64,000 nucleotides of DNA from an uncultured bacterium (lineage in GTDB: Bacteria > Zixibacteria > MSB-5A5 > CAIYYT01). The notes under the pieces were generated by a model. That model was not told the origin of the DNA. It was given only the letters and a program-made list of their open reading frames with translations, and did no database searches. The stretch covers positions 544,001-608,000 of the forward strand of contig CAVSCK010000003.1 in the NCBI GenBank assembly GCA_963726455.1, written 5' to 3'. Each line of letters opens with the position of its first letter. The stretch's first letter is position 1. Position numbers and translations under genes: made by a program. This document shows positions 21,183-30,899 of this stretch, one piece after another.

Positions 21183-24100
21183 TCACACGGGCTTGAAATT
21201 AATATTCTCTTTTCCAACCAACAATGTCAACTGTTCGAATAGCTTGCCCTCGGGTCTGACCTTCAAGTTCTTTGACCTAAGATAAAACAATTGGCTCCCC
21301 GACACAACAGCTAGTTGCACTCCGACCGGCCCCGGATACCGGCGCAGCAGCGACTCGATATCCTGCAGCAAGTTGGCAGACGCGCCGCCGTTGATGAATA
21401 TTTCCATTAGCGCCGGCCGTTGATCGAACAAACCTTCTAGTCGGCATATTTCCGACGCCACCAGCTTCGATTTCTCATTTTCGCGTGTCGATACACGTCC
21501 GCGCGCCAGCAGCACGGCATCCGTGTGAATCATTTGCCGGCTGCGCTCAAATAAGTCGGCAAACACCACAACTTCGACGACGCCAAAAAAATCCTCCAGC
21601 GTGATGAATGCCATCTGTCGCCCCTGCTTGTCATAGCTCACCTTGAGCGCCTGAACGATTCCCCCTAAGCTCACATCGGTACCGTCAGGGCGGTCACTGA
21701 TTTCTTCCGAATTGGTCGTAGCGTACGCCGACAGCTCCAGGCGGAACCGCTCCATCGGATGGCCGCTGACATAAAAGCCCAATGCCTCACGTTCATTCTG
21801 TAGTATCGTCGCTGCATTCCATTCGTCGACGTTGGGCAGTAGCGGCTCCTGAACCGTGTCGTCGGCGCCACCAGACCCAAAGAGATCTGACTGCGCGATC
21901 CCCTCTTTTCGCTGGATTGACTGTCCGAAATTCAGCGCCACCTCCACTGCTCCGAACAACTGCGATCGATTGCCCCGCACCGAATCAAAGGCGCCGGACA
22001 TAACCAGGGATTCTATCGTTCTCCTGTTCACCGCGCCAAGATCAGCGCGCGCACAGAAGTCAAATATCGACTCGAATCTGCCTCCCTCATTGCGCGCCTC
22101 CAGAATCGCCTCGACTGCGCCATGACCGACATTCTTCACGGCCGCCAATCCAAACCGAATCTTGTCACCGACCACGCTGAATGCCAGTTCCGATTCATTG
22201 ACATCGGGAGGCAGTACCTCAATTCCCATCCGGCGGCATTCTTCCATTAAAATGATGATTCGGTCAGTCGAGCCCATTTCCGAGGTCATCGACGCCGCCA
22301 TGAATTCCTGCGGATAGTGCGTCTTCAAGTAGGCAGTCTGATAGGCCAACAGCGCATATCCCACCGAGTGCGACTTATTGAAACCGTAGCCCGCGAATTT
22401 CTCAATCAGGTCGAAAACCTGCTCAGCCGTTTTCTTCTCGATCTTGTTCTTCTGGCAGCCCTTGACGAATTCCTCTTTCTGCGCCCGCATCAGATCGGCA
22501 TCCTTCTTCCCCATCGCCTTGCGAAGGATATCCCCCTTTCCGAGCGAGTAGCCCGCCATCTCTGCCGAAATCTTAATCGCCTGCTCCTGGAACACGATCA
22601 CGCCATACGTGTCCTTCAGAACCGACTCCAACAAGGGATGCTCGTACGAAACTTTTTCCAGACCATGTTTGCGGTTGATGTAGAGATCAACCACGCCACC
22701 TTTAAGCGGTCCCGGCCGGTATAACGCGTTCATGGCTGCCAGATCGTTCAGGTTCTCGGGGCGAAGTTTGCGCAGATAATCGCGCATGCCCGTGGATTCG
22801 AACTGGAAAATGCCGATCGTGGCGCCGTCACAAAACAGCTCATAGACTTTCGGATCATCCAGCGGAATCTTGTCGATTTCCAAATGGAACTTGTGCCGCA
22901 CCGCGATCATCGCAATGGCATCGTCGATCACTGTCAGCGTGCGCAGCCCCAGGAAATCCATCTTGAGCAGACCGATTCCCTCAACAACCTTCATATCATA
23001 CTGGGTCGTGACTTCGCCCTTCGTCCCGACATACAGCGGCACAAAGTTAGTCAGTTTGGCCGGTGCAATCACAACCCCTGCGGCGTGTGTCGATGCATGC
23101 CGGGTCAACCCTTCCAATACTCTCGATATCTCTAGAAGCTTCGCGATGCGCGCGTCCGACTCGATCAGTTGCGTCAATTGCGGTTCGAGTTTGAGCGCCT
23201 TCTCGATCGTCATGTCCACGGCAAACGGGATCAGTTTGGCAATACGGTCAACCTCGCTGTACGGAACTCCCATGACTCTGCCGACATCACGCACCACTGC
23301 GCGCGCGGCCATGGTTCCGAAGGTGATGATCTGGCCGACGTTTTCCTGTCCGTATTTTTGAATAACGTATTGGATGATCTTGTCGCGTCCGCGATCGGAG
23401 AAATCGATATCGATATCAGGCATGCTGATACGTTCAGGATTGAGAAATCTCTCGAACAGCAGGTCATACTTGATCGGATCGATGTTCGTGATTCCCAGCG
23501 CATAGGCGACAATCGATCCTGCCGCCGAGCCGCGTCCCGGACCGACTGATACTCCTTGCTTGCGTGCTTCGCCGGTGAAATCGGCGACGATCAGGAAATA
23601 TCCCGCGTATCCCATCTGCTTGATGACTTTGAGTTCGTAATCAAGCCGCTCCTTGACACCCGCGGTGACCTTCGGGTAGCGTTGCGCCAGGCCCTTCTCG
23701 GCCAGATAGGTCAGGTAGTCGTCGAGGGTTTCGTATCCCGGTTTCAGCGGAAACGCGGGCAGGTGATTCTTGCCAAGCTGAATTTCCAGATTGCACTGCT
23801 CGGCGATCCTCAGGGTGTTTTCAATCGCAGTTGGCGTCGCTGCGAACTGCTCTTTCATTTCGGCGGCGGTCTTTACATACAGTTGATCGGTCGAGTAACG
23901 CATCCGATCAACGTCACCAATCTGTTTGCCCGTCTGAATGCAGAGCAACGCATCATGCGCCTCGGCATGTTCGCGGCGCAGGTAATGGCAATCATTTGAG
24001 GCGAGCAGATGGAAACCGTTTTCCTCAGCCAGCTTGACAATCATTGGCCGGACTTTGTCCTCGTCAGCGATAGCGTGATTCTGAATTTCCAGATAGAAGT

Positions 24101-24623
24101 TGTCCTTGCCGAAGATATCAGCAAGTTCAAAGGCGCACCGTTTCGCTTCGGCATCGTTGCCGCGTCGCAAGTACATTGCCACTTCCCCGTGCAAACATGC
24201 CGTGGAACAAATCAACCCCTCGGCGTGCTGGCGCAGCAATTCCTTGTCGATTCGCGGCCGGTGATAGAAACCTTCCAGGAATCCCGCGCTCGAAAGCTGG
24301 ATCAGATTCTGGTAACCTTCAGCGTTCTTGACCAGCAGGACCAGATGGTTTCCACCGTCGGGATATCCCGCCACCGGTTCTTTGAGCATCCGCGACTTGG
24401 GAGCTACATAAACTTCTGAACCGATGATCGGCTTGACACCGGCATCACGCGCCTTCTTGTAGAATTCCACCGCTCCGAACATGTTGCCATGATCGGTGAT
24501 GGCGATTGCCGGAAAATGCAGCTCCACTGCGAGCTTGACAAAATCCTCGATCCGGCAGGCGCCGTCGAGCAGCGAATACTGGGTATGATTGTGCAAGTGA
24601 ACGAAATCGGCCGTCTGCCTCAT
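21183..24623 (-). CDS. dnaE: DNA polymerase III alpha subunit
   Basis: HLHNHTQYSLLDG (PHP), GPGRGSAAGS, MPDIDIDF, KMDFLGL, FNKSH, OB-fold. Confidence 0.98.
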   Translation of the reverse strand: MRQTADFVHLHNHTQYSLLDGACRIEDFVKLAVELHFPAIAITDHGNMFGAVEFYKKARDAGVKPIIGSEVYVAPKSRMLKEPVAGYPDGGNHLVLLVKNAEGYQNLIQLSSAGFLEGFYHRPRIDKELLRQHAEGLICSTACLHGEVAMYLRRGNDAEAKRCAFELADIFGKDNFYLEIQNHAIADEDKVRPMIVKLAEENGFHLLASNDCHYLRREHAEAHDALLCIQTGKQIGDVDRMRYSTDQLYVKTAAEMKEQFAATPTAIENTLRIAEQCNLEIQLGKNHLPAFPLKPGYETLDDYLTYLAEKGLAQRYPKVTAGVKERLDYELKVIKQMGYAGYFLIVADFTGEARKQGVSVGPGRGSAAGSIVAYALGITNIDPIKYDLLFERFLNPERISMPDIDIDFSDRGRDKIIQYVIQKYGQENVGQIITFGTMAARAVVRDVGRVMGVPYSEVDRIAKLIPFAVDMTIEKALKLEPQLTQLIESDARIAKLLEISRVLEGLTRHASTHAAGVVIAPAKLTNFVPLYVGTKGEVTTQYDMKVVEGIGLLKMDFLGLRTLTVIDDAIAMIAVRHKFHLEIDKIPLDDPKVYELFCDGATIGIFQFESTGMRDYLRKLRPENLNDLAAMNALYRPGPLKGGVVDLYINRKHGLEKVSYEHPLLESVLKDTYGVIVFQEQAIKISAEMAGYSLGKGDILRKAMGKKDADLMRAQKEEFVKGCQKNKIEKKTAEQVFDLIEKFAGYGFNKSHSVGYALLAYQTAYLKTHYPQEFMAASMTSEMGSTDRIIILMEECRRMGIEVLPPDVNESELAFSVVGDKIRFGLAAVKNVGHGAVEAILEARNEGGRFESIFDFCARADLGAVNRRTIESLVMSGAFDSVRGNRSQLFGAVEVALNFGQSIQRKEGIAQSDLFGSGGADDTVQEPLLPNVDEWNAATILQNEREALGFYVSGHPMERFRLELSAYATTNSEEISDRPDGTDVSLGGIVQALKVSYDKQGRQMAFITLEDFFGVVEVVVFADLFERSRQMIHTDAVLLARGRVSTRENEKSKLVASEICRLEGLFDQRPALMEIFINGGASANLLQDIESLLRRYPGPVGVQLAVVSGSQLFYLRSKNLKVRPEGKLFEQLTLLVGKENINFKPV

Positions 24624-25312
24624 CGGGAATCCCACCATTCACCTTTCTTGCCGGTCAACTTGAAGTAGAGATAACCAAACGCAAATCCGCCGACATGGGC
24701 AAACCACGCCACACCACCTCCCTGCCCACCCGCGAGCAAACTCGGCAATCCGTACAGCAATTGCAGTACGAACCAGAATCCCAGCAGTATTGCCGCAGGT
24801 AGACGAACCGTCTGTATGAAAAATCCGAGGAACAGCAGGGTCAAAACGCGCGCCTTCGGATAGAGTGCCACGTACGCACCCAGGATTCCGGCAATCGCCC
24901 CCGATGCTCCAACCAGAGGAACTTGCGATGACGGTGAAGTTGCCATGAACAACAACAAAGCAGCAACGCCTGAAACCAGGTAGAAGACAACGAATTTGAA
25001 TTTGCCCAGGTAATCCTCGACATTGTTTCCGAAGATCCAGAGGTACAACATGTTACCGGCGAGATGCATGAATCCGCCATGTACAAACATGCTCGTTATT
25101 ACGGTAACTCCGTACGGCATAGCAAGTTGTGGATATAGCGTGCCGGCCCCTGTGTATTGCGCCGGCACAAATCCCATTCTGAACATCATGGCGTTGTATT
25201 GAAAATCAGTCAACGTGAATTGGTAAATGTATACAGCCACGTTGGCCGCAATAAGCACAACGGTTACGATAGGAAATCGCCTGGTGGGTACATCGTCCTT
25301 GAGTGGCAACAT
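24620..25312 (-). CDS. Rhomboid intramembrane serine protease
   Basis: HLAGNMLYLWIFG, GASG (Ser), AHVGGF (His). Confidence 0.93.
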   Translation of the reverse strand: MLPLKDDVPTRRFPIVTVVLIAANVAVYIYQFTLTDFQYNAMMFRMGFVPAQYTGAGTLYPQLAMPYGVTVITSMFVHGGFMHLAGNMLYLWIFGNNVEDYLGKFKFVVFYLVSGVAALLLFMATSPSSQVPLVGASGAIAGILGAYVALYPKARVLTLLFLGFFIQTVRLPAAILLGFWFVLQLLYGLPSLLAGGQGGGVAWFAHVGGFAFGYLYFKLTGKKGEWWDSR

Positions 25313-25378
25313 ATTTGACCAATATACGCCATTCGATAGATGACACAAGCAGCCAGTTAGATGGATGTAAGGTTACGA

Positions 25379-25434
25379 ATACGTACTTCTGTACGCACTA
25401 AGTTATTGACAGATAGAGCATCGGTGTCTATATT
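25379..25434 (+). promoter_or_regulatory. Sigma70 promoter of the PAS-LuxR gene with an upstream TACG box
   Basis: TTGACA (25406-25411), 17-nt spacer, TATATT (25429-25434). ATACGTACTTCTGTACGCACT lies at 25379-25399. Confidence 0.7.
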
Positions 25435-25519
25435 GGAACTACTTAGGTGGACTAAAACCAGTTTCCGCTCGTCCTCTCCAGCGAGGGGCCTGCTTCACCT
25501 GTATTTTGGGGGTGATGAA

Positions 25520-28500
25520 GTGCACGAACCTGACGGCAGCACTGACAGCAATCAAGATCAATCGAGCTCTCCCAATACTGGCCATGTAATCGCGGGATAT
25601 ATTGTTTGGGTCAACCGCGAAGGCACAATCGAATATGTCGCGCAATGGGAAGGTGGAATCAGCTACGAAGGGCTGCTGGGAAATAGTGTGTTCGACAGGG
25701 TACCGCCCGATGCCCGGGAGATTCTGATTGCCCGATTGCAGGATGTATTCTCGACCCACGTAAATGAAACGATCATCATGCCTGCTCCTGCGGACTGCGA
25801 CAAGGGCGGCATGGTTGAGATCAAGCTGATTCCTCTGAAATATCCCGGGAAACCGATTGACAAGGTTGCCGTAGCGTTCCGTCGGACAGCCGGAGAAATT
25901 AAGTTACCGTCTCCCGAAAGAACATCGCGCCTGCAGCAAAAGGGGACGCGATTCCCCTCCCGCATGACATTCGATGAGTTGCCTTGCGAAACAAGTCTCA
26001 AGAAACAGAAACACATCGAGGCGCTGCTCAAGGAAGCCGAGGAGAATTTCCGCCGACTGGCTGATACTTCGCTGCAGGGCATCATCATCATACAGGATGA
26101 TACCATTGTATTCACCAATCAGCGCGCCGCAGACGTTATCGGAATCACGGTCGCGGAATTGACCGGCCTGACCATGGTAACTATCTCCGAGAGGTTCATC
26201 GAACCGGAATCTCGGGCCCTGCTTGATCAGAAGCGCCGTGATCTATTTGACGGCGTTGTCTACGGATCGTCGTACGAATTAAGAATCCGCACGATGTCCG
26301 GCGACGCCCGGTGGCTGGATGTCACCACGATGCCCGTTACTTATCGTGGACATGATGCAATTCAGGCGTCACTGATCGACGTCACCGACCGCAAGAAGAC
26401 CGAAGATGACTTACGTGATAGTGAGGAACGCTACCGGACTCTCGTCGAGAATGCACAAAACGCGATCTTTTCAATGGAATATGACGGAACGCTGGCCTTC
26501 TTGAATTCGGTGGCAGCCCGCATGCTCGGTGGCGAGCCCTCCGAGTACGTTGGCAAGAACGTCCGTGACTTATTCCCGCCGGATAAAGCAGAACGACATC
26601 TGGCGGCGGTACAGCGTGTAATCGATAATGGCAAGGGCGAGACGATCGAGAATCTCACGGAACTGCGGGGACAACCGCGTTGGCATATCACCAGTATCCA
26701 CCCGCTCAACGGACGAAATGGCAAACGGCATTGCGCCTTTTTGATTTCTACGGATATTACCGACTCGAAATTGGCTAGCCAGAAGCTCGCGCGGGAACGC
26801 GATTTCACGCGCTCTATTCTGCAAACGGCGAACAGTCTGATCATCTGCCTCGACGAGCGCGCCGAAATCTTGATCTTTAACGAGGAATGCGAACGCGTCA
26901 CGGGATATTCGGGCGATGAGGTCAGGGGTAAACGCTGGTCAGATATTTTCGTCCCACCTGAATATCGTCATGAAGGGCTAAAGGATTTCGGCACCTGGGT
27001 GAGAGAGCATCCCCACGACCGCAAGGAAGAGCCGATTATTACGAAATCCGGCGAGCGGCGCTGTATTCTCTGGTCCAACTCGTCGTTCATTTCACCAGAC
27101 ACCGGTGAGTTGGCCGCAATTGCAATCGGCTATGACATTACCGAAGTGAAGCGGGCCAATCAGCAACTGAAGGAAGCGGAAGCACGATATCGTAACCTGG
27201 TGGAACTGCTTCCGCAAATTGCCTATACCGCCGCACTCAACGGCAACAGTACGACGACTTATATCAGTCCACAAGTGGAGAAGATACTTGGTTTTTCTCC
27301 GGCAGAATATCTTACCAATCCCGACCTTTGGTACCAGCAGCTATATCCTGACGATCGCGAGCGGGTCCTGGCCGAACTTCGTCGCACCCACGAAACTGGA
27401 CGCCCTCTGAATATCGAGTATCGGATGTACAGCCGCGACCGACGGGTGATTTGGTTTCGTGATCATGCAGTGATAATTCGAGACAGCGACGGCACACCGC
27501 TTTTTCTTCAGGGCGTTCAATACGATATCACCGAGAACAAGGTGGCAGAAGACGCGTTGCGAGAGAGCGAAAAGCGCTTCAAAGATCTTGCCGACATGCT
27601 GCCGTCGACCGTCTTTGAGTTAAGTCTCAAGGGCAAGTTTACTTTCGTCAACAGCCACGGGTTGGACCTTTTCGGTTACACACTGGAAGAATTAAGCCAT
27701 GATGCGGCCGTATTCGACGTGCTGTCCCCGGCGGATCGCGACCGCGTGAAGAAAAGTTTGCTGGAGATTCTGGGAGGCCGCACTCTGCAGGGGGCCGAAT
27801 ATACGGCGGTGCGCAAGGACGGCAGCGCGTTCCCAGCTCTGATTCATGTCAATCGTATCTCGCACAATGGCAAGATCAGCGGCTTTCGCGGCATCCTGGT
27901 TGATATAACGCAGCGCAAGAAAGTCGAGGAATTGCTGCGGCAGTCCCAGGAGGCCTATCGCGATCTGGTGGAGAATGTTGATGACGTCCTGTATATCCTC
28001 GATCAAGATCTCGTGATCACCTATGTGAGTCCGATTGTGAAAAGCGTTTTGGGTTATGAACCGGCGGAGCTGCTGGGACAGACAGCGTTGTCACTGGTTC
28101 ATCCTGATGATTTGCCCGGACTATTGGTCAGTGTGAACGACGTCCTGAATAACCGGCTCTATCCCAGCGATTACCGGATGCTGACGAAGACCGGCGACAT
28201 TCGCTGGGTGCAAACGTCCAGCCGCCCGATTTTTGAAAAAGACAAGCTCATTGGAGTACGAGGCATCCTGACTGACATCACCGAGCGAAAACGTTCCGAA
28301 CGGGCACTGCGAGAAAGCCAGGAACGATTCGAAAGAGTTGCTCAGCAAAGTCGTGAGATGGTCTGGGAAGTTGATGCCGACGGACTGTACACTTACGTAA
28401 GTCAGGCGTGTGATGAAATTCTTGGTTATCGGCCGGACGAACTCACCGGCAAGATGCATTTCTACGATCTTCAGCCCGAGTCGGAACGCGAGGACTTCAG

Positions 28501-30253
28501 AAAGAATGCCTTTGCAAACCAGATAGTCCCGCGCGCGCCCTTTCATAATCAGGTCAACAAAGTAGTCTCCAAGACTGGCCGGGTGTTGTGGTTCCTCACC
28601 AGCGGTTCGCCGGTCCTGGATGCCGACGGAAATCTGAAAGGTTTCGTAGGCGCCGATCTTGATATCACTGAGCGAATCGAGATGGAGCAGGACCTTCATA
28701 TTAAGGAGCGGGCCCTAGCTTCGTCCATTAATGGCCTCGGCCTTGCCGATCTGCAAGGACGAATCTCGTATGTGAACGACGCCTTTGTGAAAATGTGGGG
28801 GTATACTCGCGAAGAGATTTATGCCACGCCGATGAGCAATTTGGCGTTCGATCCGCAAGACGTTGTTCGTGTAATGGACGCCATCAGATCCAAAGGGCAG
28901 TTCTTTGGTGAGTCCGTGTCGAAACGAAAAGACGGCACCCCCTTTGATGTTCAAATCTCCGCCAGTATGGTGACCAATGCATCCAATCAACCGATTGCCA
29001 TGCTGGCCACATTTATTGACATCACCGAACGCAAGCGGAGCGAACGAGCCTTACAAATGAGCGAGGAACGTTTCCGTCTTCTCTACAAAGGGAATCCGCT
29101 GCCGACCTATACATGGCAGCGAAGAAACGGTGACTTCTTTCTGGTTGAGTGTAACAGCGCCGCCGTGACAATGACGAACGGCAAGATCGCTTCATACATC
29201 GGCGTCAACGCGAAAGAGCTCTTCGTGAAGCGGCCGGACGTGTTTGATGACCTGAATCTCTGCCTCGACGAACGATCCAACTTCAACCGTGAAATGGAAT
29301 ATCAGCTTGGTTCTCCCGGGCGGACCGTGCTGTTCTCAGTCAGGTACAACTTCGTGCCCCCCGACTTGGTATTGGTACAGACAGAGGACATCACTCAACG
29401 GAAACATGCTGAAAGCGCTTTGAAAATGAGCGAGGAAAGATTCCGAGCGCTCTTCAAGGGCAGCCCGTTACCGATGGTGCTGTTTCAATGGAGGATGGGA
29501 GATCTCGTCCTGATAGACACCAATGACGCGACGAATTCCGTGACCGAGGGGAAACTCGCCCAACTAACCGGTGAAACGGCCAAACACATATTTCAGACAG
29601 ATCAGGAGTTTCTGAACGAACTGTATGAATGCTTCAGCCACCAGTCAACTATCAGTCGGGAAGTCCGTCATCAATTTTGGGGCACAGACCATGAGCTGCG
29701 GCTATCTGTCTTTTGTTCTTTTGTCCCCCCTGATTTGATGCTCATACAAGCTGAAGACATCACCGAGAGAAAACGAATGGAAGAGCGCCTCCTAAGCGCA
29801 AAGCTGCAATTGGAGCGCGACAGTCAGGCACTGAAAGAAAAGAATATCACGCTCAAAGAAGTCCTGACTCAGATTCAGGACGAAGTTGATCAAGTAAAGC
29901 AGAACATCCAGTCCAATATCAGTAAGCTTGTCATACCAGTCTTGTTAAGACTCAGGGAGAAAGCAAGGGAGAGCGACCGAATCGAACTGGAGCATCTGGA
30001 ATCAGTGCTGAGTAACGCAGCCTCTCCGTTTATCCGTGACATAGAATCACGATTTGTTCAATTGACGCCGCGCGAGACGGAAATCTGCAACATGATTTGT
30101 AACGGGCTGCAATCCAAGGAGATCGGTCAGGCGCTGGGTATCTCCCATCGAACTGTAGAGAAGTTTCGCCAGAAAATCAGAGCAAAACTGGGAGTAAAAG
30201 ACCGCGACACCAATCTTACGTCCTTTATTCGATCGCTATCCCAAAAGCCGTGA
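25520..30253 (+). CDS. Multi-PAS (about 11) one-component regulator with a C-terminal LuxR-type HTH
   Basis: Ten PAS/PAC units ending in D(I/V)T plus a degenerate N-terminal PAS; LTPRETEIC...G.QSKEIG..LGIS.RTVEKFR..I..KL; no H-box, HATPase or REC. Start uncertain (GTG 25520; ORF is open from 25361). Confidence 0.9.
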   Translation: MHEPDGSTDSNQDQSSSPNTGHVIAGYIVWVNREGTIEYVAQWEGGISYEGLLGNSVFDRVPPDAREILIARLQDVFSTHVNETIIMPAPADCDKGGMVEIKLIPLKYPGKPIDKVAVAFRRTAGEIKLPSPERTSRLQQKGTRFPSRMTFDELPCETSLKKQKHIEALLKEAEENFRRLADTSLQGIIIIQDDTIVFTNQRAADVIGITVAELTGLTMVTISERFIEPESRALLDQKRRDLFDGVVYGSSYELRIRTMSGDARWLDVTTMPVTYRGHDAIQASLIDVTDRKKTEDDLRDSEERYRTLVENAQNAIFSMEYDGTLAFLNSVAARMLGGEPSEYVGKNVRDLFPPDKAERHLAAVQRVIDNGKGETIENLTELRGQPRWHITSIHPLNGRNGKRHCAFLISTDITDSKLASQKLARERDFTRSILQTANSLIICLDERAEILIFNEECERVTGYSGDEVRGKRWSDIFVPPEYRHEGLKDFGTWVREHPHDRKEEPIITKSGERRCILWSNSSFISPDTGELAAIAIGYDITEVKRANQQLKEAEARYRNLVELLPQIAYTAALNGNSTTTYISPQVEKILGFSPAEYLTNPDLWYQQLYPDDRERVLAELRRTHETGRPLNIEYRMYSRDRRVIWFRDHAVIIRDSDGTPLFLQGVQYDITENKVAEDALRESEKRFKDLADMLPSTVFELSLKGKFTFVNSHGLDLFGYTLEELSHDAAVFDVLSPADRDRVKKSLLEILGGRTLQGAEYTAVRKDGSAFPALIHVNRISHNGKISGFRGILVDITQRKKVEELLRQSQEAYRDLVENVDDVLYILDQDLVITYVSPIVKSVLGYEPAELLGQTALSLVHPDDLPGLLVSVNDVLNNRLYPSDYRMLTKTGDIRWVQTSSRPIFEKDKLIGVRGILTDITERKRSERALRESQERFERVAQQSREMVWEVDADGLYTYVSQACDEILGYRPDELTGKMHFYDLQPESEREDFRKNAFANQIVPRAPFHNQVNKVVSKTGRVLWFLTSGSPVLDADGNLKGFVGADLDITERIEMEQDLHIKERALASSINGLGLADLQGRISYVNDAFVKMWGYTREEIYATPMSNLAFDPQDVVRVMDAIRSKGQFFGESVSKRKDGTPFDVQISASMVTNASNQPIAMLATFIDITERKRSERALQMSEERFRLLYKGNPLPTYTWQRRNGDFFLVECNSAAVTMTNGKIASYIGVNAKELFVKRPDVFDDLNLCLDERSNFNREMEYQLGSPGRTVLFSVRYNFVPPDLVLVQTEDITQRKHAESALKMSEERFRALFKGSPLPMVLFQWRMGDLVLIDTNDATNSVTEGKLAQLTGETAKHIFQTDQEFLNELYECFSHQSTISREVRHQFWGTDHELRLSVFCSFVPPDLMLIQAEDITERKRMEERLLSAKLQLERDSQALKEKNITLKEVLTQIQDEVDQVKQNIQSNISKLVIPVLLRLREKARESDRIELEHLESVLSNAASPFIRDIESRFVQLTPRETEICNMICNGLQSKEIGQALGISHRTVEKFRQKIRAKLGVKDRDTNLTSFIRSLSQKP

Positions 30254-30332
30254 TACGTACATTGCGTACGCACTGCGTACGCGGTCGTGGCGTATTGATC
30301 TGGCTTGACATTTTCCCACATTTTGCCATCTT
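30253..30332 (+). promoter_or_regulatory. Promoter of the putative sRNA with tandem TACG/CGTA boxes
   Basis: ATACGTACATTGCGTACGCACTGCGTACGC (30253-30282); TTGACA 30305-30310; TGcCATCTT as a possible extended -10. Confidence 0.55.
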
Positions 30333-30339
30333 TTACGTA

Positions 30340-30746
30340 GCGATGCACAAGGGGCTAATCGGGTGGAATCTTCTATAGGCGGCGAAGGTTCGAAGAGGAA
30401 GCCAGGCAATTAGGCAAGGTTTCTCGAACCTCAGATAGTTAGGTGAGCCGGAGGATTTCCCAGATCAGAATGAACTGATTTCGTAATCGATCACAGGATG
30501 TGATCGAAACTGCGCGACCCGGAAACTGTGTACGCGAGTGGTTAACTCTGACGACTCCCTTTGGGAGGGTTGGCAGGACGAATCAGGGAGGCAGGACAAC
30601 GGGGGAAACTGGCGGCTGGCTGTGAAGCGGAGGTGAATCGCAGAACACTCTGCGCTGGTTTTGTGATTCGAGAGACTTCGTGAACGGTTAGTTACCAGAC
30701 CTTGGTAAGACCCGGTGGTGACCAAGCTGCCACCGGGTTTAATTTT
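30340..30746 (+). ncRNA. Putative structured non-coding RNA (~400 nt), possibly CsrB/Rsm-like
   Basis: No credible ORF; at least 7 hairpins, several with G-U pairs favouring the + strand; CAC-AGGAU-GUG loop; flanked by a promoter and an intrinsic terminator. Confidence 0.6.
30710..30746 (+). terminator. Intrinsic terminator
   Basis: ACCCGGTGG...CCACCGGGT followed by TTAATTTT. Confidence 0.75.
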
Positions 30747-30835
30747 GCTCAGTCTTGACTCCTACCTTCATATATATCCTCCCACATTTCATCACTCGAT
30801 ATCTATTAAGCCGAGAATCGGCCTCGCACGCAAAT

Positions 30836-30871
30836 AAAAGACCGGGAATCTCTTAGTGAGATTCCCGGTCT
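30836..30871 (-). terminator. Intrinsic terminator of the C25 protease gene
   Basis: AGACCGGGAATCTC-ttagt-GAGATTCCCGGTCT perfect stem with a T tract on the minus strand. Confidence 0.8.
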
Positions 30872-30899
30872 GATTATCGATCGGAATTAGATCTGATCG

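Noticed and set aside
21183-24623. Intein or split in dnaE
   Set aside because: Normal length and continuous motifs.
30350-30735. tmRNA, RNase P or group II intron identity for the structured RNA
   Set aside because: It starts GGGGCT but lacks a T-arm/CCA end, the GAGGAAAGUCC motif and a domain V consensus.
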